Source: Negaprion brevirostris (lineage: Eukaryota). Taken from it: a stretch of 64,000 nt of DNA. Positions 14,081 to 27,729 of the stretch are shown here, piece after piece (the stretch's first letter is position 1; each line of letters starts with the position of its first letter). The translations under genes and the position numbers were made by a program. The DNA lies in assembly GCA_030324005.1 (NCBI GenBank), contig JARDVH010000128.1:33733667-33797666 (forward strand), given 5' to 3'. The notes beneath the pieces are model-generated. The model saw only the letters and a program-made list of their open reading frames with translations. It searched no databases and was not told the origin of the DNA.

Positions 14081-15779
14081 TAAAATTGCTCATCCCTTGT
14101 TTGACAGTTCTCAGAAACAATTTTTTCTAGAGTTCCTGAAATTAGTCATCAAAAAAAACTGCATTTATAAGTAAAAATACAAAGCTTTATGTTACACCAA
14201 AAGTGTTTATAGTGAGCCACTAATATTAGCAACATGGGGTTTTGTGGCAGTGTCTGAAGTCTGTGTCTAATTGTTTTACCAGCTGCTATTTTCACCGATG
14301 TTTCAGTATTTGAATGAGCATACATACTGATTCTGGTCTGTCAAATTTGCACCAAAGAACAGAAAAAATGAAGAAGACTAAGCCAGTTAAGAGGGTTGAT
14401 GCATAAAGTTATAAAGGTCATTGTTTAATAATACAAATCCTCAAATAGAAAATAATTATTTTCAATGAAAATTTCCTTCTTCACTTAGATAATCTATAGA
14501 TAAGCAGAAGTCAGTATCAATATTTTGAATGTCATTACCTTTTAACATGATAGTTTTAGACCACCCTACACAAACAGTTGTAAATTTTAAACTCCTACTC
14601 ACGGTTTCTAAGTAGTCTCATTTTAGGATTGCACTTACACAAGGTGATTCAAAAACATTCAGTTGACAAGAAGAGGGATTGGTTTCTGTCAATGTTTAGG
14701 ATTTGCTTTCATGATACCATAATTTTGTAAAAAAATAGCGTGTGCGCGTGGGGGAAAAGAAGAGGGAAGAGGAAGAAGAGAATAACTCTGTAAATATCAA
14801 TTAAGTTAATCATCACAAGTAATCTCTCCAGCCAGTCACAAAGCTAAAAAAACCTTGTGATAAGTTACTTGCTTTGTCATTCCTACAAATAAGATTTCAG
14901 TATTTAAGATTTTATATTTTGTGGGGATAAAATGGAAGGCACCAATTAGATGTTAAAGTATACTGTGGGATAATGAATCACAATAACTCTATTATTCAAT
15001 ACTATCACTCAAAGATAATCAGGAGAAAGAGAAAAAGTAGGTTTTCTCCAACGTCTACATATTTTAAGTTCGAACAAATAACATTCCTACGCTCCACCTT
15101 AATAATGCAATAAAAGTGGTCCAACTATGAACCATCACCACCTGGGAAATGTGCTTTAACTTAAATTTGAAATGAGGATACCTTCTGATAAATATTTGAA
15201 AGAAGTTTCCATCAAAAGGTCTTATGCTAGATTGAAAAAAATTCTCTTTTGCATCTAAACCTCAATATTACTAAATGATAAAAAGGTGAAAGTCTTCTGT
15301 GCCTAATACCTGTACTCGCTGGCCTACACTGGCACATAGTTGAACAACATCTTTATTTTAATGTTATTAAATTAGATGTTATTTTTCATCCTTGTTTTTG
15401 AATGCCTCCATGTTCTTACCCCTCCCCATATCTGGCCCTATAATCCTCCAAAATACCTGCACTCCTCTAATTCTGACCTTTTTAGTTAAATGCAATTGCT
15501 CCACCAGTGAAGGCTGTGTCTACATTTGAATACTCTCCCTACATTTCTCTGCCTCCATACCTTGCTTTGTTTTAAAAAGGTATTCTTTAAAACCTTCCCT
15601 TTGGCCAAACTTTGTCACCTGACCTAATATCTCTAACTGTCGCTGGGTCAACATCCTGGAACTCCTTTCCTAACAGCTTTATAGTTATACCAACACCAAA
15701 TGGTGTGTAATGATTCAAGAAGGCACAGTGAGGCAGTTTGGGATGTTTTCTACGTTAAAGGTGCTATAAAAATATTCAA

Positions 15780-17010
15780 GATGAGAAACAAGTTTGATGA
15801 TACCCTCTGCGTGCCANNNNNNNNNNNNNNNNNNNNNNNNNNNNNNNNNNNNNNNNNNNNNNNNNNNNNNNNNNNNNNNNNNNNNNNNNNNNNNNNNNNN
15901 NNNNNNNNNNNNNNNNCTGCGTGCCACACAGGAAAGATTATTGCAAAGATCATCCTCAATTGCCCCTTCCTGAGTCACAGTACAGCTTTCGCCCATCAAG
16001 AGGCTCTACAACTGCATGATAAATCCAAGAAAAATACCAGGGACAGCACCAACAGCTGTACACGGCCTTTTACAACCTCACTGAAGCCTCTGTCTTGTCA
16101 ACTATGAAGTCCTACATGGTCGTAGTCAATTTTGTCAACATCCTCCACCTGCTTCACTGTAACATGCAAGTCATGATTCTCTTTCGTAGAACCAACATAG
16201 ACCCAACCTCAGAGAAGGCAGAGGTCAAACAAGACTGTCAGTGCACCAACCCACTTCTCTATCTTCCTCTCTGCAATACTGCACCTCTCATACAAAAGCT
16301 ACTCATGGGCCTGGAGATAATTTACAAAACAGATGGGAAACTGTTCAACTCACCCAGTCTTCAATCCAAAAGCAAATCACTCCAATATCAGTCAGCTCCA
16401 AAATGCACTCACTCAAAGTGACCTCTATGAGAAAACTGGCCTTTCACTGAACACCCAGAAAACCAAGCTTCACTCAGTGGAACATGTTGCTCATATATCT
16501 GAAACTAGACTGCTGAAGCTACTGCTGCTCTACCTGGAACTCAACTGTCGTAGGCAGAAGACTCCTAGGGGGATTTCGCTCTAGGCGCTTACAGCATTTG
16601 AACTCCTAGGCACATTTTAAATGAGAAATAAAGTTATATTGCTTGGACAAAACAAATGACATAACTTTCGTGAAGAACTTTTGAATTGTGGACATCTTCA
16701 AAACTTCTTGAAGAAGCTAAACATCCCCATAGGCGTTCCTGGCTTGTGACTATCCAAACGGAAAAAGTTCAATCAGGAAGGCACCAAACACATTGACAGA
16801 CTTTGTCGGGAATATGCAGAGCCAAAATCAAGGCATTGGACAGGGTGCACAAACCTCTCAGAAACTCATCTACCTAATCCTCCAAGCACCACCTGCCCCA
16901 AGTGACAGAGTCTGCAAATGGTATTTTGGACTTAGTAGCCCTCTTGGAATCCACTAAACCAGGGTGGAAACAGTCATTTTTGATTCCACGGGACCTCCTA
17001 AGAAGATGGA
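15780..17010 (+). mobile_element. Degenerate RTE-clade LINE fragment, with gap and templated insertion
   Basis: GKIIAKIILN-like RT motif, YKTDGKLFN motif, and 3' end ...ttggacttagtagccctc...ggacctcctaagaagatg typical of RTE/BovB-like elements. Confidence 0.65.
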
Positions 17011-18269
17011 TATAAATAAGTTGTTGTCGCTTGCTTAAAGTTTAAACTTCAGGACTTTTGAATCAGTGACATTTTAAATGAGAAATAAAGTTATATTGCT
17101 TAGACAAAACAAATGACATATTTCATAAAGTTTTGAATTGTGGACATTTAATCTTTAAAGAGTAGCTTGTTTGCTGGATAAATAAGCCTTTTAAAAATCT
17201 GCAGATTTCACAAGAGTATGCTGACCTAGTAATCATACGACAGAAATTAAGTCTTTCCTATTATTAGGAACCCCTACTCAAAAACTCTGATCATATCCTG
17301 CAAGGAGAGGGAGTAACTTTATGGAATGAGCACAGTAAATTTCCAGTGAGATTATACACTGAAGAAAAATCAAACTATAGAAGTTAGATCATTGGTAACA
17401 TATGGAACACCAAGTAGTAACAATATACAGAAATAAACACAGGTTCACAATCCATGGAAATTTGACTGAACAATCTTTGACAGTGACAGCACGATTGTTC
17501 TTGCGCCGGGCATATTTTACCAATAAGATGTTTTGTTGATAACTGAATATAGAGTAACATTATCACCCTATTCCTATCTTTTTGGTTGATTCCTGTTAAG
17601 GAAATGAAACATAATACTACGCGGCTAATTGGCTAGCATGGACAGATCAGCTTCCTGATCCACAAGGAAATAAACCAGTCATGCAGGTTTAACTCCTGGA
17701 CTCCATCCAGATCTGTAGACACTCCTTGACCATTAGTGAGCAATACCACAAATAATTTAAAACTCAAAACTATCCAAAGAGGTCTTTATTGTGCATAAAT
17801 TGGCAGTGAAGTATGAAAATAATATTTCAACAAACAATTCAGGTATGATTGATCTAGTTATTTTGTATGTAGTAGTTGTTTTCATCACTATCTAGGGCTG
17901 AACAACAAATGCCAAATGCTTATAAATTAGATTTAAATTTATTTTCAAACAACTTTACAAGAGAAGTGTAAAAGAGCTAATGCTATTCCAATTATGTAGT
18001 TTCATAAAGGGAACACTCTGCCTACAACAATAACAATAACTTACCTGTGGCTGTAGTCTTGAGTTGAATACTATGAAAATACATTGTTGCAAATTTTGGA
18101 AGGAGCTGGGTATGGGAGCCTGAGAAATCTGGTAAAATAATTTAACTTTTGATTGCAGCCGAGCACAGTGCACAACTACTTGGTGTTTCGTCTATCTTGG
18201 TTCAATGCTAGCACGCCATTTCTGAATCAGAAGGTCAATGTTTATGCTCCTCACCAGACACTGGACAAT

Positions 18270-18560
18270 TCAATTGTGTGCAATCAAGTCCCACAAACAA
18301 CAATGAGATACATGAACAGATAATCTCTTTTTAGCGGTCTTGGCTGAATGGTAAATATTGGCCAGGGCACCAGGAGAATATCATTGCTCATCTTGAATTG
18401 TGTTATGGGACTTTTTAATGTTTACTTGAGAAGTCTTGGTTTAATGCTTCATCTGAAAGACAACATCCCCAACAATAGAACACTCCTCAGTATTGCACTG
18501 AAGTGCAACTGGATAATGAATATTCTGAAAATGCATGCTGAGCACATGACCTTCAGACTC
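18270..18560 (-). mobile_element. Deu-domain SINE copy
   Basis: aatattggccagggcaccaggagaat...gggactttttaatgtttacttgag...catctgaaagac...cactcctcagtattgcactgaagtg, homologous to 13650-14080. Confidence 0.65.
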
Positions 18561-21385
18561 ATATGTCAAAAATATTCAGTGGGTCTGTCAACACAGGTTG
18601 AATATTTGGGTGAACCTTTCTTCAAAAAAATTTATTTTTGTTGGATATCCCTAACTTCTGTCTTAATAAACTTAGGTTGCAATGTTACTTTGTNNNNAAG
18701 ACTAGGATGAAAAAAGATCAGTTGAAAAATCTACCCAATTATTCATGTCCCTTAGCAGATTGCATGAATTGGATAGAGCCCATAATATAGGGTGTATATG
18801 TGTTCTGAGAGGGGAATCTATTTTCCAATTAAATATACTCACAATAACAGCAAAAACATCGCAGGCTTTTACTTTCAAATTTTCATGCTCCCCTGAGTAA
18901 TTTCTTTACTATCTTCAAAGTATAATCAAGAATTATATATAAAAATTTCTTTGCACATGATCAAGAACACCACACCACAAATTGAAACTTATATATTTGG
19001 CCTGTGGTGCCATGGTACATAATTAGATTGATGACAAAGGCAGAAAGTTGAACTGTGGACTATGGGCTAATAAGGTGATGCAAAAGAGTAATCAACTTGA
19101 GCTTCCAGTGTCCTTTCTTTAAAATGGGGTTTCAACCAAGCTTTAAAAAGTCATAACTCTGATGCTTTCAGAAATTTTAACTTTCAGGAATGAGCTACCA
19201 AATTCAATTCTGTAATCCTCAACACCAAAACAGCATATGAAATCAAATGGATCACATTTTCATTGAATTTATTTAAGGTAAATGTGTTTGATTTTCAACT
19301 ATGTGACTATAATGTGGTTTAATGAAAAGTCAAGTTTGTTCTGAACAACTAAAAAATTCTTTGGGTGTTGGGGGGGGTGGGAGAGAATCTTGCAGTACAA
19401 ATTTCAGCTCTTATTTTAAAGTATGCTCTATATGGTGTTGATTTATTTTCTTATTTGAAAGTGGTTGGGAATTACTTTAATACTTCAGCAGTGGTGCTAT
19501 TCCATAAGAAGCAATACATTAAAAAACACATTGCTGTTTGTTGATTCTGTTCAATACTTGTGGTTCAGAGAGTATTATTTTTGAAATATTACTGTGAAAT
19601 AACTAGAAATTGCTTATGTTTGTCTGAAAGCATATAATGGACCAGAAACAGAAATATAAACATTCATGGTTGTAGCCAGCAATTTAATTGAGAAGTTCAA
19701 ATGCTGTAAGCGCCTAGAGCGAAATTCAGTTTATAAGTCATTTGGACCATGAGATTAAATTACAATCTTGAAATATTCCCTGCTATTATCATTTATATGA
19801 GCTTCGACTACATGAGGGACTTTATTTCATCACTTTTCCTCCTAGCACCAAGACAATGTCCGCTATGTCCTTGATGTGCAATGAAGCTCACAAGATTAAT
19901 AAATGTGACACAACCACTGAAGACTTGAAAGTTATCTGCAGCGGATTACTCGGCCATTCTGTGTCCAACATATGTCACATAGTAATAAATAGTGAATTGT
20001 GTTCTCAAAGAACTAAGCAGCCTAATTATGAAGAAAAGAAAAAAACTGGCTTTAGACCATCGAAATCAAAACACTAAACATTTGCAATTGTGACAAGAAA
20101 AATCCCTGTTACAGCATAAAAGTAGCATGGAGCAAGAAAGACTGATTATAATAAGATATGTAATTTCACAGACATCATACTTTTAGTTCCACTATAAACT
20201 CTACTACTGGACTCAGTTGCATCGAATATGCAACACAGATACAGGCCATTCAGCCTGATTACTCTTGTTCAGTGGTTTATATTCCACATTTAAGATGGAG
20301 TCTCCTCCCATTCAAATCCACGTCATCCCAGCCATTCAGCATTCTTTCTATCATCTTTTATCTCAGGTACTTGTGTAGTCCTTTGACACATGCAATGTAT
20401 TTGCCTGAACTACTTCCTGTGGCAGTGAATATCATATTTTAACCACTGACTAATCTCCTGGAGGGAAGGTTCTGTGAGTTCTGCTCCTGGATTCCTCGCA
20501 CAAAGGAAAATACACCAAGGCACACCAAAACCCCAAAATAAATAAACTTTATATCGTCATTAACTATCCTACATAGCCTTCAATAGGAATATTCCATAAC
20601 CTTAGCCCAGGGACCACACTGAGTCACATGCCTTTTCATAAAAATGTTAACTGTATCAAAGCAGGCCACTTCACCTAATAGGTCTGCGCAGGTGTTTTTC
20701 CTCCATGAATCACTAACTCTAATCCCTTTCTCTCCTGCCTGTTCCCATCTTTATGTTTCATTTTATTGGCAGAGTATTTCATAGACTAATCACCAAAAGA
20801 ATTTTCTCTTTCCTCTCCTTCAATTCTTTTTGCAATCTGCTTGGGTTAATGTTTATATTGTCTAATTGTTGCATAACACATTAATCAGGGATAATTGGAG
20901 GCACAACATCAATAATAACTAGATGCTGTTCAACTAATATAGGTGCTAATTAGAAAATAAATTCAATCCTATTTAAATAAAGGATTGGAAGTATATGAAA
21001 ACATCCCTCTGCACATGTTTAAAGTATTTGCTGTAATTTACAGAACATAAAACAAAAGCCAAAAAGCAGTATAATTGAAGCTGTTTTTAAATGCGCACAC
21101 AACATAGTTCAAGAAATGCAATATAAACTTTGTCTTTAAAATTGGTCCAACTTTTTCTTCAAAAGCAAAGGTACTAGAACCTTACAGTAGTTGTTTAATT
21201 ATAATTTTGCATCCTATGAAACTCAGTACAATGTGCATGTTCAAACAAAATAATCCAAATTTAATTAACAGCATCACAGTTCTGGATAAAAAAAACTGGA
21301 GTCAGGAATTCATTGCAACGACAATTATCGACAAATGCCACAAATTATACACTGTGCTCCTTAGTGCTTTAGTGACAAGTTCATT

Positions 21386-21661
21386 TTTAAGTTTTATTTC
21401 TTAGTTCCAAGTAGGTTTACATTCACACTGCAATGAAGTTACTATGAAAATCCTCTAGTCACCACACTCCAGTACACTGAAGGAGAGTTTAACATGGTCA
21501 CCTAACATCTTTGGAGTGTGGGAAGAAACCGGAGAACCCAGAGGAAACCCACGCAGACATGGGGAGAATGTGCAAATTCCACACAGTGACCCAAGCCAGA
21601 ATCGAACCTGGGTCCCTGGCGCTGAGGAAGCAGTGTTAACCATTGTGCCACCATGCCGCCC
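21386..21661 (-). mobile_element. HE1-type tRNA SINE with the alternative (non-CR1) tail
   Basis: Head is gggcggcatggtggcacaatggttaacactgcttcctcagcgccagggacccaggttcgattc. The tail ...ggattttcatagtaacttcattgcagtgtgaatgtaaacctac... matches 27100-27198. Confidence 0.85.
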
Positions 21662-22959
21662 AATATTACAATTTGCTGGTCAAGATAACTTCGATGTGCT
21701 GCAGTAAATGTAACAGCAACTCAAAGTGGTACAAAAACATATCCCTGAAATACTGGGAAAGCATTGAGTATTGCCTGCTAAAACAGCTCACATCAAATTT
21801 CAGCCATTGTACACCAAGGGGCTGGAAACTGTGTAAACAGACTATATACCTTGCATGTGTATTGTAAATATCAAAGTACTGAAATTATACTGAGGCACCT
21901 CAGATTGAGACATGCTCAATGGAGAAAACTTGAATGTTAGCGCACGTAATATTAAATTTGAAATGGTTAAATTGTATTCACACAAATTTTATGAATAAAG
22001 TATAAATTTGGTAGCAAAGGAAATGCTTTGTTAACATATTTAAAGTTGTTACCTGAAAAAATAGCAATGCAGTGCATATTTTAAAAGCAATGTCCCAGAA
22101 TTTGTTACAAAACAATCTTGCATGGTTTTAGCAGTATATGCAGGTCATGACGCTTTATTGCAAACAGGTGAAATGTAGGCACAAATCAATGCAACTGCTA
22201 ATCCCTCCTAATACAATAGGGTGGACTCTCAGAGGCTATTTCCCCGGGTTGAAATGGTTGCTACGAGAGGACACAGATTTAAGGTGCAGGGANNNNNNNN
22301 NNNNNNNNNNNNNNNNNNNNNNNNNNNNNNNNNNNNNNNNNNNNNNNNNNNNNNNNNNNNNNNNNNNNNNNNNNNNNNNNNNNNNNNNNNNNTGGTAGGT
22401 GTTGATGTGATCGGCGCAACTCGTGGGCCGAAGGGCCTGTTTGTGCTGTAGTGTTCTATGTTCTAATATAAATATTAATAACTTAACAAACAATAACATT
22501 GCAATGAAGTGATGTAACAACTAATTTATTAATTTAAGAAGTGTTGAGCATTTTGTTGGGCTCCTATTTATAATTAGCAGTGTTAAAGCAATGTCACCGG
22601 GTCCAATGACAGCTTTGACTAACTGAATTCCCAAGTGAGCCTGTTCAAACCTGAGCTGTTCCATAATGTAAACAGCAGTCAGCACAGGGCTTCCACCACC
22701 GCCACCGCCACCCCCACTGGTTCTGGAAGATAAATAATTGTTTTTTAAAGCAGTGCCTTTAGTCCAAATCAATGGATTACAAAGTAAAAGTCTTAATATT
22801 TGAACCAGTTTATTCAAATTAAGGTTCATTTGCACTATTAGAATACTGTATTTATGACTTTTCCTATTCTTGTGATTATACCAAGATCATTGAGCCCTTT
22901 CATGAAGTTTGTTAATCACCGAATACACCGCAATGATGATATTAACGTTCATTCAACAA

Positions 22960-23550
22960 ACTCAAACTGGAGTTGAGTATTGTACCTGGTACAGAGGAAT
23001 CTGGGGGGTTCTTCTTTGAGGATGACAGGATTGCGAGAGTAGTTAGCAAAGCATTTGAGATTTAGGTTTCATTAAAAACAATATTGAGTATAAAAGATTA
23101 TGCTGAACCTATTTAAGCCATAACTACAGTGGTTTATCCAGTTTTGGTCACCACAGGTTAGAAGGATCAGAGAGTCCTTGAGGGTACAGAAGATATATCA
23201 ATAGTTTCAGGGATTTGGAAATTTTGATGGAGGTGTACAAGGTTATGACAGGTTTAGATAAAGCAGACAAAGTTGTTCCAATTGGCTGATTGTACAAGGA
23301 AAAGGCCACAGAGATTTAAAGTTTTGGGCAAGAAATGCAGAGGGTATATGAGGAAATACTTCTTTATGCAGGAAGTGTTAGTGGCTTGCAGCCTCACAGC
23401 GATGATGGCGAAAGTAGAGATGATCAATGATTTCAAAAGGAAATAATCTTTCAAGGGATAGAGTATTGGAATGGAACTGACTGCATTGTACTGCAGAGAG
23501 CCAGCAAGGACTGGATGGGCCAAATGGCCTCCTTCTGTGTCATAATGACT
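22960..23550 (+). mobile_element. CR1/HER1-like LINE 3' fragment
   Basis: ccagttttggtcaccac, gttgttccaattggctga...ggccacagatttaaag, gatgggccaaatggcctccttctgtg tail. Confidence 0.7.
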
Positions 23551-23561
23551 GATTTTAGTGG

Positions 23562-23894
23562 GAAGCAGAACTATGATAATTAGCTGTTCAACTGTATTGT
23601 CAAAAATCTGTGAAGCAGTGCAAAATTCCCCAACTGTGACATGGTGTATGTAGTGCCATAATTTTCTCAAATTTCAGAGCCATAATTATGCTGAACACCA
23701 TAGACAAAATGTTAACATGATACAATTTTATGGCAAATTCACAATGGTTTGTCTCTGGTGTTCAGCATAATTATGGTTCTGAAATTTGAGAAAATTATGG
23801 TATTACATATACTATGTCACAGTTCAGGAATTTTGCATTGCTTCACAGACTCTTGGTAATACAGTTGAACAGCTAATTATCATAGTTTTGCTTC
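23562..23894. repeat. Long inverted repeat: 147-bp arms, 39-bp spacer
   Basis: 23562-23708 is the reverse complement of 23748-23894, with 14 substitutions and no indels (manual alignment). Confidence 0.95.
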
Positions 23895-25564
23895 ATTTTT
23901 TGTTTAGGTTAAGACCATAATTTTGCAAGTTGAGAAACTTCAATTACTGAAGAAGAAATGAGAAATGAAGAAATAGCAGGTTAAAAATGTATTAGGAGTT
24001 TTAATTTTTGATCACAATCCAGGAGTTGGGGCGGTGTGTGCAGATACATGAACATCGAGGGAACGTAACTGTAATTTATGTTCATCAAATATTTTTCTTG
24101 TGTATTGCTCCTCCCTCCGCCAATCGCAGGCCCTCTTCCTCTCCGCTTCCCCTTACAGATCCCACTTCCAACCCCTCTCAGGCTCCACTCGCTCCCCCGC
24201 CCTCCCACACCCTCGCAACATTCGCTCCCCCAGTCCCTCCTCGCTCTCTCAATTGCCTACCCTCAGTCCCTCACAGGCCCCCTCTGACCATCATTCCTTC
24301 TTGGTGCTCATCCTGATTGATACAACTTAGGTTTTGTGTTGTTTCCAACTCATCTAATCTGAGGCTGGACTCTGAAGAAGCCAACTGAAGATTGGATGAT
24401 CTGCAAATGACATGAAACTCAAACTCAGCCTGGCCTGGCGTAGAACCCCTGGGGAGGCTTCTGTGGAATCCCAGGTGTACACCATCATTGTGATGCAGAA
24501 AGTTGAAGTGCGAGTGACCTACAATAAAGAGTTCAGTGCATTGTATGGATTTACCCACACCACCAGCTNNNNNNNNNNNNNNNNNNNNNNNNNNNNNNNN
24601 NNNNNNNNNNNNNNNNNNNNNNNNNNNNNNNNNNNNNNNNNNNNNNNNNNNNNNNNNNNNNNNNNNNNCCAATAGTAAGGTTGAAAAAGGAGTATGTACA
24701 GAAAAATCATTGCTGAAGAAGAACAAAACATCCAACTTCCACCTTTGAACTTTCAACTCAATTCTAAAACGGTTTAGCACTATGTGAACCCCTGAAAACT
24801 TTACTCTCACACACACACTTATGGCACAAGTGCAAGCTGATGACTTGGAAAAAATAAGGGAGAAAGAGGGTATGTATCATTCCAGTCAAATGTGCAATCG
24901 TGACAAACATCACAAATCTCACAATCTGCAAGAGTTAGTTTGGATCAGAGACCAATCTCTTTATGGACAGTGTTTGAACAGATACAACTGAAAACATTAC
25001 AGTGAGAGAAAACAGATGTGCAGTATTTGCCAAACAGAAGCAACCCCTTATAGTATTGAAGGGGTCGCCTCCCCCAGTCAAAAAGACCAGAGATGCTATG
25101 TTCTTCAAGAGATCCAAATTGGTGAACACGAGTCTTCTACAAATGCTCCTTCTGGTCAGCAGAGCCCAAGAGATCGCATGCAGGATTCAAATCCCCAATC
25201 TCTTGTAAGGGAGCTGAGCATCTGCTTGGATAGACTAATGAAACTGCTTGAGATACAGAATAGTCTTAGGAAGCGATGTAATGTCTCATGATCTGGCCAT
25301 CTTTTCTATAGCCTTATTGTAAGATGTAGCTTTCTGTAAGATGTGTTCCAATAAAGTTGACGTTTTCCTTGCCTCAACAGGCTCTATAAATATTGGGTGG
25401 GATTCTCTCCAAAAAAATTTTAAGTTCTGAATTTGTGTAAAAACTGGAGTAAATTCCACTGGTTTTTTCAGCGGGATTTTCAAAATGAACCTCCTACACT
25501 GTGCATTACAGAGTGTACTAACGTGAATCTCATTAAAAATCTGTGGCAGGGCCTATTCCTGCTG

Positions 25565-25862
25565 GAATCATAAAATTCCACAGTGCAGCACGAGGCCATT
25601 CAGCCTATTGAGCCTGCACCTGCAACAATCCCAACCAGGCTCTATCCCCATGACCACACCTATTTACCCTGCTAATCCCCCTGACATTGAGATGCAATTT
25701 ACCATGACCAATCCACCTAACTCACACATCTTTGAACTGTGGGAGGGAACTGAAGCACCTGGAGGAAACCCACACAGACACAGGGAGAATGCGTGAACTC
25801 CATACAGTGACCTGACGCTAGAATGGAACCCTGTGAGGCAGTAATGCTAATCACTATGTCAC
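25565..25862 (-). mobile_element. HE1-type tRNA SINE
   Basis: Same body and tail as the other copies (ggaggaaacccacacagacacagggagaatg; gaggccattcagccta). It is inserted in a gggtgggattctc-ended element starting at about 25395. Confidence 0.8.
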
Positions 25863-25879
25863 CCAGAGAGAGAGGCCTG

Positions 25880-26212
25880 CAGCATAGAATCATAGAGGTT
25901 TATAGCATGGAAACAACTTGTCCATGCCACCCTTTTCTTTTTTTTAAGAAGACCCCTAAGCTAGTCCCAATTGCCCGCATTTGGTCCACATCCCTCTATA
26001 CCCATCTTANNNNNNNNNNTAAAAGACAAAATTGTACCCACCTCTACTACCTCTGGCAGCTTGTTCCACAGGGTCACTACCCTCTGCATGAAAAACATTG
26101 CCCCTCTGGACCCTTTTGTATCTCTCCCCTTAAACCTATGCCCTCTAATTTTAGACTACCCTATCTTTGGGAAAATTGACTATCTAGTTGATCTATGTCC
26201 CTCATTATTTGA
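25880..26212 (-). mobile_element. CR1/HER1-like LINE 3' fragment
   Basis: catagaatcatagaggtttatagcatggaaac tail, cctctggcagcttgttccac. A related copy lies at 31765-32085. Confidence 0.75.
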
Positions 26213-27729
26213 TAGGCTGTGCGGGCCACTGCGCATGTGATCTGCCAGTGCCAAGAATGACGCATGCGCAGTATTCATGCACTCCCAGCCTCCTGATCGC
26301 CGGCCAGCCTTGTGACCTTCCCATTGCTGCCCCACCGATTCCCCTGTGGCNNNNNNNNNNNNNNNNNNNNNNNNNNNNNNNNNNNNNNNNNNNNNNNNNN
26401 NNNNNNNNNNNNNNNNNNNNNNNNNNNNNNNNNNNNNNNNNNNNNNNNNNATGGCAGCATTTCTCAATGTTGTTCTGAAGAATCAGCTGAATTACGCACA
26501 GCTGCTTCTCTCATGGATTCTCACTCTGTTGGTTTTGTTCTGTCGTGGACAGCATTCTAAGATGTGATAATTAGCTTCAGTGGTGGACAAGTTGGAACAA
26601 GATTGTAGTTAATGAGGGATACAGGGACTTCAAGCGGTACGTCACGCCACGCTCAAGTAGAGTACTGATAACCCTCAGAAGCAGCATGTGTCTGACATCG
26701 CAATGGCAGGGCATGTTTTTCCTGTTGGTTCAGGCTTTAAGTGACACCTAATGTCCTAACACATGCAAGATCCCTCAACAGTAGCACACAAAATGTTGCA
26801 GCTGTCCTTTTCCAGCTTTACAATCATCCTTGGAGTTGCCTGTTATTGGCTTTGAGTTTTCATATGGTAAGATATACCTTGAAGAGAAATCACTGCACAA
26901 TTAGCACACGAGTACACAACGGCAATGCATCATGTTACACATTACCTCTTTATACTGACAAAAATGTTTTGGAACATTTCCTTTACAAATTTTACATGTA
27001 GTCATTTTTTGATCGTGGGGACAAAAATCGAGTAAGAAGAAGGACATAATAGGATGCTTTGTATCAACATTTCAGCTGTATCGTACACTCTTTCTATGAC
27101 CTCCGAGGAGTGTGGCAACCAGGGTATTTTCACAGTAACTTCATTGCAGTGTTAATGTAAGCCTACATATGAGACTAATAAATAAACTTTAAACTTTAAT
27201 ATTCATCTTGAATTCAGTCAAAGTTTGCTGAAGCAAGTCAGAAGTATTCTGATAATTCTCAGCACTTTGAACCCGTCCCTGATTTACACAAGGAGCATCA
27301 CACCATCTTAATTTTGTTGACCCCCTGCATGGGACTGCTGTTGTGCATGTGGTTGCGGAGATTCTGCTCCAGGAACCGTAGGTTTCTCACTTCCCAGGGG
27401 CCCTCTTTGCTCTTTGTACCATTGCATCATTGACCTCTGCCTCCTCACAAACTTTGACATTTAACATTAGCACTGAATTTCCAAGGCTACCTTCCAACTC
27501 CAATGCTTCCCTGTCCTTCCTCCTGCATTGCAGTTGTCATGCCACATTGCTGTGAAGTTTTCATCTCCGATCCTTCCTCATCACCCCTTCACGAATTTCG
27601 AATACTGCTGCCAATTCACGTCCATTGGCATCTGATGAGCCCATGGGCAATCTGTCAGAGGAAATACTTCACAATTATTATTTGTCACATGTATCGACTC
27701 TCCTCATGTTTTAAGCACTTGGGGTTGAC

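Noticed and set aside
25016-25355. 91-aa ORF followed by AATAAA
   Set aside because: No recognisable domain or splice context. It may be a TE remnant but cannot be supported.
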